The notes below the pieces were generated by a model that was given only the letters and a program-made list of their open reading frames with translations, was not told the origin of the DNA and made no database searches. This document shows positions 56,795 to 64,000 of a stretch of 64,000 bases of DNA, piece after piece. Numbering within the stretch: position 1 is the stretch's first letter; each line of letters begins with the position of its first letter. The stretch lies in the sequence record KJ019095.1, one strand, 5' to 3'. Both the position numbers and the translations under genes were made by a program.

Positions 56795-57004
56795 ATGGGA
56801 CCTATAATTGTATTTGCTTGTTTTCTACCTATAGTTGCTATATTCATTGTAATAAAACTAGCTGTTTGGGTAGAAGCTGTTAACTCCGAAACAAACTATG
56901 TCAGAGAAGAACCTTCAAGACAACGAGGACCTTGGGTGGAAAACCCATATGAGGATATTGATGTTGAGGAAGAGGAGTATGGAGATCGCACAGACTATCG
57001 ATGA
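56795..57004 (+). CDS. membrane-anchored hypothetical protein
   Basis: ORF track; start adjusted. Confidence 0.65.
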   Translation: MGPIIVFACFLPIVAIFIVIKLAVWVEAVNSETNYVREEPSRQRGPWVENPYEDIDVEEEEYGDRTDYR

Positions 57005-57131
57005 AGCGATTAACGACTATTATTCGCTTCATGGACTCCCTGTTCCCGATTGGAAACTGAAAAAGAATCCAGACTGGTGGATTGAATACTTACTTTCTCT
57101 TGGATTAACTGATAACAATGAACCCCTTTAA
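56979..57131 (+). CDS. conserved hypothetical protein
   Basis: GAGGAG SD before ATG 56979; KKNPDWWIEYL. Confidence 0.65.
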   Translation: MEIAQTIDEAINDYYSLHGLPVPDWKLKKNPDWWIEYLLSLGLTDNNEPL

Positions 57132-57290
57132 GATACTCGGACCTTTCCTGAACCTATTGGTGGTGTATAGTCTATGGTATTCTGACTTATACAGTAGGAA
57201 TCGATACTACGCATATGGTATTGTACTACTACACATTCTCGTACTGGCATCAATTCCAACCATACCCGCAATTCTATATTGGTATTAATT

Positions 57291-57941
57291 ATGAAGATCT
57301 TTTTAGACACCGCTGACCTGAATGAAATCAAAGAGGCATCATCCACTGGTTTGATTGATGGGGTGACTACCAACCCAACACTCATTCTAAGAAGTGGAAA
57401 CACTCTGTACTCCACTGCAAAACTATTACAACTAGAATACCCCACATTTGAGAGTATCTCCACTGAGGTGGTTGCAGATACCGCAGAGGAGATGGTAGAA
57501 CAGGCACGTCAGTACCTTGATATTGGACCTGCAATCACTGTTAAGGTTCCTTGTACTGTAGAGGGTCTTAAGGCGTGTAGAACACTCTCAGAGGAGGGTG
57601 TGAAGACCAATGTGACCCTTGTGTTCTCTGTATCCCAGGCTATCCTGGCAGCTAAGTCAGGAGCCACCTACGTGTCTCCCTTTGTTGGTAGGGTGAATGA
57701 TAACTCCTTCAGTGGAGTTGCACTTATCCAAGCTATCTCAGAGACCTTCTCCCTACACAGGGTGAAGACAGAGGTATTGGCAGCTTCAGTTCGTGAAGCA
57801 AACCAAGTAGGACGTTGTTTTGCAGCTGGTGCTGACATTTGTACCATCCCAACCAAAGTATTCTGGAAGATGTACGAGCACATTCTCACAGAGAAAGGTT
57901 TAGAACTCTTCCAAAAGGACTGGGAGAACTCAGTACGATAA
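57291..57941 (+). CDS. talC: transaldolase TalC/MipB
   Basis: IFLDTA, GVTTNP, VKVP, YVSPFVGR, ASVR. Confidence 0.96.
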   Translation: MKIFLDTADLNEIKEASSTGLIDGVTTNPTLILRSGNTLYSTAKLLQLEYPTFESISTEVVADTAEEMVEQARQYLDIGPAITVKVPCTVEGLKACRTLSEEGVKTNVTLVFSVSQAILAAKSGATYVSPFVGRVNDNSFSGVALIQAISETFSLHRVKTEVLAASVREANQVGRCFAAGADICTIPTKVFWKMYEHILTEKGLELFQKDWENSVR

Positions 57942-58004
57942 AGTGTGAATATCCACACTTTAAGTATTATATAAATATTAAAGAATACATATTTCTTTGC
58001 ATAA

Positions 58005-58211
58005 ATGAAACGTCCAGCCTTTTATTTGGTTGCGAGTGTTGTTATTGTTCAGATGTTAATGGCGGCGGGGGTATTATTTGGTTGTTTTGCACGACCGGAT
58101 CCCCGTTGTACCGGAGATAAAGCATCTGATTTACTGAATAATATTATTGTACAAACTTTCGCACTCTATGCGGCTGAGAAAGTTTCCCATAAAGATGATA
58201 AACAAGTATAG
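58005..58211 (+). CDS. small membrane protein
   Basis: TATAAATA at 57970; two hydrophobic segments. Confidence 0.65.
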   Translation: MKRPAFYLVASVVIVQMLMAAGVLFGCFARPDPRCTGDKASDLLNNIIVQTFALYAAEKVSHKDDKQV

Positions 58212-58250
58212 TGTGGTAGAATAGGGGAGAACACCTCCACCTATTTTTTT

Positions 58251-58739
58251 ATGCCTATCAATAAAGAGTATTATGATAAATGGTATGGGATATGGAGTTC
58301 CCAATCAGAAGATGTATTGGAAGTTACTGCCTTAGTTAGAGCTATTGAATGTACTAATGGGTGTATTCAGTGGGCGTTTAGGGACGATGATGAAAGGTCA
58401 CTACCCATTGAGAAGACCAGAGAGGCTATGAAACTCTCCATGGGTGTGATGAAGAATAAGGTTTTACCATTCCCTGATGGTGGGAAGTTTGTTATCCCAG
58501 AGGATGTAGTTCCCCTCATGGATAAGTCCAGAGATATTTACATTAGAGGATTCAAACAAGGTGATGAGGATGCCTACCAAGAGTTTATGGCACTATCCAA
58601 GTCACACTTTGTTGTAATGGGTAGAGAGAGGATGGATAGAAACTTCCAGAAGGTGAAGGATCATTTCATAGATGTGTTTAGTGACTACTGGATTGAGATG
58701 GGTAGGGGATATGTTTATGCCCTTGGGGAGTATGTATAA
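58251..58739 (+). CDS. hypothetical protein
   Basis: ORF track. Confidence 0.8.
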   Translation: MPINKEYYDKWYGIWSSQSEDVLEVTALVRAIECTNGCIQWAFRDDDERSLPIEKTREAMKLSMGVMKNKVLPFPDGGKFVIPEDVVPLMDKSRDIYIRGFKQGDEDAYQEFMALSKSHFVVMGRERMDRNFQKVKDHFIDVFSDYWIEMGRGYVYALGEYV

Positions 58740-58763
58740 ATATCTGGTATCGCTTCTCCTCCA

Positions 58764-58955
58764 ATGGACGAAAATAGTGCATCACGTATTTTAGATTCAG
58801 CAGGAAAAGGTGGGCATGTTAATCCTACCGCCCTGGCTGTTACCATACGTGCCGCAGTGAAGGAATGTCTAGACCATAATGGTATGGTTAGTATGTCATC
58901 CCTCTACGAACTCAGTTGTCAGTTGGAAAAGAAGGGAAAAGAGTGGTATGATTAG
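58764..58955 (+). CDS. hypothetical protein
   Basis: TATAAATA at 58735; ORF track. Confidence 0.6.
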   Translation: MDENSASRILDSAGKGGHVNPTALAVTIRAAVKECLDHNGMVSMSSLYELSCQLEKKGKEWYD

Positions 58956-58975
58956 TAAACTTATTTGGTGATGTC

Positions 58976-59176
58976 ATGAGTGAAAAACTTTGGGTGAAGA
59001 TGGCGGAAGTATTCTACAATAAGGATGCCGAGACCGCAGAGCGAATGGGAGTTGAGAACTTCTTCAATAAAGCAGCATCTAGAATGATTGCAGTTGTTGC
59101 TGAGAGTATTGATGGGGAGGAGAGACTATACCTAGAAGAGCAATCCAAAATAGCAGAGGCTGAACAACGAGTATGA
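58976..59176 (+). CDS. hypothetical protein
   Basis: ORF track. Confidence 0.65.
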   Translation: MSEKLWVKMAEVFYNKDAETAERMGVENFFNKAASRMIAVVAESIDGEERLYLEEQSKIAEAEQRV

Positions 59177-59400
59177 ACACTTACTATGTGATAGTATACA
59201 CACTAGTATTCTTTGTTGGTGTGTGTATTATTGAACCCAACCTACTCAAGTGGATAGAACTCCAGTTTAAGTGGGCAGGTATAAACGTCAGAAGAGCTAT
59301 ACTTATAGTTCAATTTCATCCACGTAACTTTGTTACCAACTGGATAATTCGTAGGAAGTTTCAGAAGATTATCAGAGAACATAGTCAACCTAAAGAGTAG
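59173..59400 (+). CDS. membrane hypothetical protein
   Basis: ORF track; coupled. Confidence 0.7.
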   Translation: MNTYYVIVYTLVFFVGVCIIEPNLLKWIELQFKWAGINVRRAILIVQFHPRNFVTNWIIRRKFQKIIREHSQPKE

Positions 59401-59409
59401 GAGTTAGTT

Positions 59410-59586
59410 GTGATTGAGACTTTGGCATTTGTTTTCCTTTCATGCCAAGATGCACGTCAGGTTGCAGATCGTGCAATGAATACTGAGAGTATTACCAAAG
59501 AAGTAGCCATAGAAGTTATTATTGAACTTGATATAGCTTCTGGCGGCAAATGTAACTTACCTGGAATAACTGATGGGCATGTTTGA
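59410..59586 (+). CDS. 58-aa hypothetical protein
   Basis: Manual translation from GTG; AGGAG upstream. Confidence 0.5.
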   Translation: MIETLAFVFLSCQDARQVADRAMNTESITKEVAIEVIIELDIASGGKCNLPGITDGHV

Positions 59587-59962
59587 TACTATAAGATGCT
59601 CCTATGATATTGGAGAACTAACTGATGTAGAATGTCAGTCTAAGAATATAGATGATTGGGGAGGCACTATGTCTTTCTATTGGGTAGATCCTAATGGGAG
59701 GTTGTGGTCTCCCAGTTATGCTGGAACCTATGACTTTGTTCCTGAAGAAGGACCCTTCCCCGAGCTCGGAAAGGGGAAGCTTAGTCATGTACAATATTTG
59801 GGTACTACACCTAATGGAACTCATGGGAAGTATCAGTTCGTATCTATGACAAGATGTATAGAGATATATGATACAAAAACACATGCAGATGGGTATGTAG
59901 AGTTTGTGACATGTTATTTGTCATTCTACCAAGGACTACTGAGAGATTACTTTTATAAATAA
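59573..59962 (+). CDS. conserved hypothetical protein
   Basis: MGMFDTIRC...QSK. Confidence 0.75.
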   Translation: MGMFDTIRCSYDIGELTDVECQSKNIDDWGGTMSFYWVDPNGRLWSPSYAGTYDFVPEEGPFPELGKGKLSHVQYLGTTPNGTHGKYQFVSMTRCIEIYDTKTHADGYVEFVTCYLSFYQGLLRDYFYK

Positions 59963-59987
59963 GTCCATATAGAGTTGTTTTTAACCA

Positions 59988-61484
59988 ATGGATCTCCAAT
60001 CATATATCCAACTTAAAGAGGCGTACACCAACGTCCACTCCCCAAAGGTAGAAGTCACTAGAGAAGAAGTTGATGCTTTCATTGATGCTCTACTGGAAGA
60101 AGGATACGATCTAAGTGAGTTCACTTGGGAGGAAGTCCGTGATGCTTACCTAGAAGAGGGTGTTGCTAATAATCCTCGTTGGGGAGTTATTGGTCAAGGT
60201 GCAAGACTTCTTCAGAAAGGTTTTGGTAACAAACAACAGGGAGATGCTGCTAGGGATTATGAGACATCTGTAAATAATATTAATAGTCGTAGAAATCAAA
60301 ATTCTAGTACATCAACCGCAACTGCTAACGAGATTGCAGCAGAAACCAAAGGTAGGAAAGCTCAGACAGGTGGTGGATCTAGTTCTAGTGGATCTAGTTC
60401 TAGTGGATCTGGTGGATCAAGTCTCTCTGATTCTGTTGCTAGAAAACAGAAAGAGGCTGATGCCAAACGCGCAAGACAAAGGGAGACTGGTGGAACTGGA
60501 GCCACCGACAATAAGCCCGCTGGTGGTTCCGGTGGTTCTGGTGGATCCGGTGGTTCTGGTGGATCCGGTGGTTCTGGTGGTTCTGGTGGATCCGGTGGCG
60601 GCAGTAATAGACCAGTAGCAAAGGCTAAGCCAGTACAGACAGCACAACAGAAGGCAGACTCTTCTACTAACGCACAGTATGACAAGTTGAGGAAGTCTGA
60701 TCCAGCTGCCGCTAAGAAGTTTGGTATGGCTGCATCACAGAAGAAGTTTGGTAATCAACTAAAGCCAAAGACTCCAAATCCATTGATGAGGGGTATGAAT
60801 ACTGCTTCTACTAAGCCAGCAACTACTCCCAAACCAGCAACTACTCCTAAGCCAACAACTCCAGTAGCAGACTCATCTCCTGTTAGGGCAATGAGTAAGA
60901 CTACCCCCACACCAGCTGCCTCCAAGCCAAAGGCAACACCTATCAAGTCAAGTCGCCTAAACAAGGCACTATCCAGTGTTGGTGAAGCAGTGGAATTTGA
61001 TTCCTTTGATATCATCCTAGAATACCTAGTTGATTCTGGTTTCCCACAACAGGAAGCTCTCGTCATCATGGCGGAAATGCCTGAAGAGAAACGCGAAGAG
61101 ATTCTCGAAGCTATGAAGCATCGTGACGCCAAGACTGGTGAAGTCACAGACAAGCCTGAAATTGGCAAGACATACTACCCCCATGGTGAGCGTCAGAAGT
61201 CTTCTGTAGCTCTTCGCAAAGAGAAGGAGAGGGCAGATGCTAAAAAGAAATCAGTGAAGGAGGATAGAGCTTCCCTCGCAGATGCCTATCGGGCAGTTTA
61301 TTCTGAGGAAGCTTCCGATACTAAAAAGGATAAGCACCTAGAGCGTGGTGGTCACTCTGCTAAGACTGACTATAGTAAGCCACCTTCTACTGGTAACACC
61401 TTCGGTAAGAAGCCATCTATGAGTGAGGAAGATCGTAGTGAGGCTATGGCTAAGATTGTTGCTAGAATGAAAGGTAAGAAATAA
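59988..61484 (+). CDS. late low-complexity protein, putative internal virion protein
   Basis: TATAAATA at 59954; GS/GGS and PKPATT repeats; LLEEGYDLSEFTWEE and FDIILEYLVD modules. Confidence 0.7.
   Translation: MDLQSYIQLKEAYTNVHSPKVEVTREEVDAFIDALLEEGYDLSEFTWEEVRDAYLEEGVANNPRWGVIGQGARLLQKGFGNKQQGDAARDYETSVNNINSRRNQNSSTSTATANEIAAETKGRKAQTGGGSSSSGSSSSGSGGSSLSDSVARKQKEADAKRARQRETGGTGATDNKPAGGSGGSGGSGGSGGSGGSGGSGGSGGGSNRPVAKAKPVQTAQQKADSSTNAQYDKLRKSDPAAAKKFGMAASQKKFGNQLKPKTPNPLMRGMNTASTKPATTPKPATTPKPTTPVADSSPVRAMSKTTPTPAASKPKATPIKSSRLNKALSSVGEAVEFDSFDIILEYLVDSGFPQQEALVIMAEMPEEKREEILEAMKHRDAKTGEVTDKPEIGKTYYPHGERQKSSVALRKEKERADAKKKSVKEDRASLADAYRAVYSEEASDTKKDKHLERGGHSAKTDYSKPPSTGNTFGKKPSMSEEDRSEAMAKIVARMKGKK
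60522..60593 (+). repeat. 8 x 9-bp tandem repeat GGTGGWTCY encoding (GGS)8
   Basis: Read directly from the sequence. Confidence 0.95.
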
Positions 61485-61562
61485 TAGTGTTATAATAACC
61501 CCATAGGTCCATTCCCATGGGGTTTTTTGTTATGAATACATAAAACTAGATGGACTTACTCC

Positions 61563-61937
61563 ATGAATACATATGGTTCTCCCGAAGGTTATCTCTTTAA
61601 TCTTCATACCTGCTCAGCATCAGAAGCGAAGCGAATGTGGAAAGAATCTATAAAGAATGATTGGAAACATAAATGTGCTTATTGTGGATCGGAACATGAA
61701 ATTACTTTAGATCATATAGTACCCAAAGCAAAAGGGGGTACTAGTCATACAACCAATGTCGTAGCTTGTTGTCGTTCTTGTAACGGGAGTAAGGCATATG
61801 AGGATTGGATTATCTGGTATATTCAACAGCCATTCTTCACTGAAGAGAGGAGGGAGGCTATTGAAAAGTGGATGGAGAAGGGCCTCCTCAACAATAACTT
61901 AGTTGCATATCCACCCAGAAGAAATGTCGTTTATTGA
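61563..61937 (+). CDS. HNH endonuclease
   Basis: CAYC...LDHIVP..KGG....NVVACCRSCNGSK. Confidence 0.92.
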   Translation: MNTYGSPEGYLFNLHTCSASEAKRMWKESIKNDWKHKCAYCGSEHEITLDHIVPKAKGGTSHTTNVVACCRSCNGSKAYEDWIIWYIQQPFFTEERREAIEKWMEKGLLNNNLVAYPPRRNVVY

Positions 61938-61943
61938 GTCTTT

Positions 61944-62072
61944 ATGGATTCCTATCACCCGTCTAGGGCAGATCAAGAACTAGAACTAGAACAGCAAGAA
62001 CTAAAAACAATCATAGGAGGATCTATACTATCCTTCTTCACTGTACTTATACCTTTTATTATACTTCTCTAA
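61944..62072 (+). CDS. 42-aa membrane peptide
   Basis: Manual translation with a C-terminal hydrophobic segment. Confidence 0.45.
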   Translation: MDSYHPSRADQELELEQQELKTIIGGSILSFFTVLIPFIILL

Positions 62073-62091
62073 AACCTTTCAGTTCAGGCGA

Positions 62092-62099
62092 TATAAATA
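62092..62099 (+). promoter_or_regulatory. T4-type late promoter
   Basis: TATAAATA. Confidence 0.8.
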
Positions 62100-62153
62100 A
62101 ACCTAAGAAGAGTATATGCGTTCTTCGTCGGATAGCCTGAATCGACAAAAGAG

Positions 62154-64000
62154 ATGATCTCAACAGCGACTAAGATTAAATTTAAAAGGTCTGGTGTAGC
62201 CGGACGTAGACCCTCCTTAGCTGATCTTCAGTTAGGTGAATTGGGGATCAATTATAACGATGGTAAACTATTTTTCCGACAGGAAAATGAAGTAGTTGGC
62301 TCTCGTATCATTGAACCTGGACAGGGTGATGTAATCGGTAAGACTATTTTCGTATCCACAAAGGGTAACGATAACAATAGTGGTCTTAACGAAAGGGATG
62401 CCAAGAGAACTGTTAAAGCGGCCGCCGCAGTAGCAGAACCTGGTGACTCCATCAAACTGTATCCAGGTCAGTACATCGAAGATAACCCTATCGTATTTAA
62501 GGATAGGGTATCTGTAGAGGGTATGGAGCTTCGTAACGTTCTCGTTACTCCAGCCAACCCCAGTAAAGACTTGTATCAAGTTGGTGAGGCGTTCCACGCT
62601 ACCAACCATTCCTTTGTGTCCAATAGGGATTCAACAGATGGTGCCTCTATTATCACCTATCGTCCTCTAGAGGGAACTGCGTCTGACAGGTATTTTGACG
62701 CGGCTAGACTCATCAGGGACAATCTTAGCTTCATTGCTAACGAGACAGTAGGTTTCCTAACCAGTGGATATTCAGGCTTTGCCGCTGGTCAGAGATCACA
62801 GGACGCTGCTCGTGCTCTAGAACTAAACAAGAACTTCATAGTAGAAGAAGCATTTCAATATATCAACTCTCCTGATTATACAGGAGCCACATACTTCAAC
62901 CCAGACCCAGCACAGTGTAAGAGAGACCTAGGAAATATCATTGATGGTTGGAGATATGATCTCATCTCTGATGGTAACACCAGATCTACTGGTCTTGGTC
63001 TAACCTACTACGCACCTATTCCCTTTGTGAATAGTGCTAATGTTGCTGACCTTGTATACAACAGAAATAACGGTGATGTTCTAATTGAAACCGACGTAGA
63101 TACACAGGTTTCAGTTGGTGAGAAGATCAAACTACAGGATATCAGACTAGAGTGTGGTTCCTACAATAACGACTTCTTTATCACTGGTTTCAAGTATGAT
63201 AACACCAGTGGTATTGGAACAGTTAATCTACCCTTTATCCATAACGTCAAGGTTGGAGACCTTGTTAAGTTTGATGGTTTAGAGTTTGATTGTCCTGCCT
63301 ATGGTGCCATTGAATATGGTATCCAAGACTTCAAGTATAATGAAACTACTGGTGGAAGTGTTGTCACACTCACCGAAGATCACGATCTAAAGATTGGTGA
63401 CACCATTGAACTAAGAGACCTTCAGTTCGATTGTCCCGCCTATGGTGGTGACTTCACTAACATCATCAACCTAGAATACAATAAGACCAGTGGTCAGGGT
63501 GTTATCACATATGACAAACCCGCCGATCTCAAGTCTGGTGACGTTGTTATCCTCTATGACCTCACACTAACTTGTGATGCTTATGGTAACGCTATCTCAG
63601 TTACTGATTTCTCTTATGATAACTTCACTGGTATCACTGAAGTAGAAGTAAATAGACCCCACAACCTCCGTCCCGGAGACCTAATCAAACTAGAGAACCT
63701 TAAGTTCTCTTGTGATTCCTACCTTAATGAAACATACAAGGTCTCTAACTTTGTATATAATGAGAGCACTGGTGATAGTGTCCTCACCCTAACTGAACCA
63801 CATAGTTTAGTTGCTGGTAAGAACGTCAGACTTGCTGACCTAGTTTTCTCCTGTAACTCCTATGTTCCAACCGCTAAAGCAATCTCTGATTTCCAGTATG
63901 ATGAAGTAGTTGGTATCTCTACTATTACTCTAGCATCTCCACACAACTTATCAGTTGGTGAGCAGTTCAGACTAGAGGACCTAGTATTCTCCTGTAACTC
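62154..64000 (+). CDS. large virion structural/fibre protein (runs off window)
   Basis: Manual translation MISTATKIKFKRSGVAGRRPS...LGELGINYNDGKLF, FVSTKGNDNNSG, then ~43-aa tandem repeats. Confidence 0.85.
   Translation, partial: MISTATKIKFKRSGVAGRRPSLADLQLGELGINYNDGKLFFRQENEVVGSRIIEPGQGDVIGKTIFVSTKGNDNNSGLNERDAKRTVKAAAAVAEPGDSIKLYPGQYIEDNPIVFKDRVSVEGMELRNVLVTPANPSKDLYQVGEAFHATNHSFVSNRDSTDGASIITYRPLEGTASDRYFDAARLIRDNLSFIANETVGFLTSGYSGFAAGQRSQDAARALELNKNFIVEEAFQYINSPDYTGATYFNPDPAQCKRDLGNIIDGWRYDLISDGNTRSTGLGLTYYAPIPFVNSANVADLVYNRNNGDVLIETDVDTQVSVGEKIKLQDIRLECGSYNNDFFITGFKYDNTSGIGTVNLPFIHNVKVGDLVKFDGLEFDCPAYGAIEYGIQDFKYNETTGGSVVTLTEDHDLKIGDTIELRDLQFDCPAYGGDFTNIINLEYNKTSGQGVITYDKPADLKSGDVVILYDLTLTCDAYGNAISVTDFSYDNFTGITEVEVNRPHNLRPGDLIKLENLKFSCDSYLNETYKVSNFVYNESTGDSVLTLTEPHSLVAGKNVRLADLVFSCNSYVPTAKAISDFQYDEVVGISTITLASPHNLSVGEQFRLEDLVFSCN

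Noticed and set aside
57128-57463. Minus-strand 111-aa ORF and the many other antisense or nested ORFs in the track
   Set aside because: They shadow well-supported + strand genes and have no motifs or SD sites
60522-60593. CRISPR-like array
   Set aside because: 9-bp coding tandem repeat without spacers; no CRISPR array found anywhere in the window

Overview
64-kb segment of a T4-like cyanomyovirus (Kyanoviridae-type, probably infecting marine Synechococcus); almost all genes are on the + strand. Core replication genes are a split gp43 DNA polymerase, uvsX, gp41, gp61, nrdA, nrdB and a denA-like GIY-YIG nuclease. Host-derived auxiliary genes are mazG, a full-length sigma70 factor, def, cpeT, petF, two hli, psbA, psbD and talC, plus two tiny unannotated ORFs resembling NDH-1L subunits NdhP and NdhQ. 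Other content: a tRNA-Arg/structured RNA/tRNA-Asn cassette; a nuclease and adenine-methyltransferase island that includes an 892-aa protein with a Cas9-like HNH motif; five 2OG-Fe(II) oxygenase genes; an endolysin; a ~10-kb glycan cluster (gmd, fcl-like, ColD-type dehydratase, GT11, ABO-like GT6, sulfotransferases, GT25); a tail-fibre cassette; a type IV pilin cassette; and the start of a large repeat-rich virion protein. A 3,346-bp tandem duplication covering 3' psbA to the pilin leader, together with scattered Ns at wobble positions, suggests a consensus of a mixed population and a possible mis-assembly. All calls come from reading motifs by eye and from recalled reference sequences; no database searches were run.
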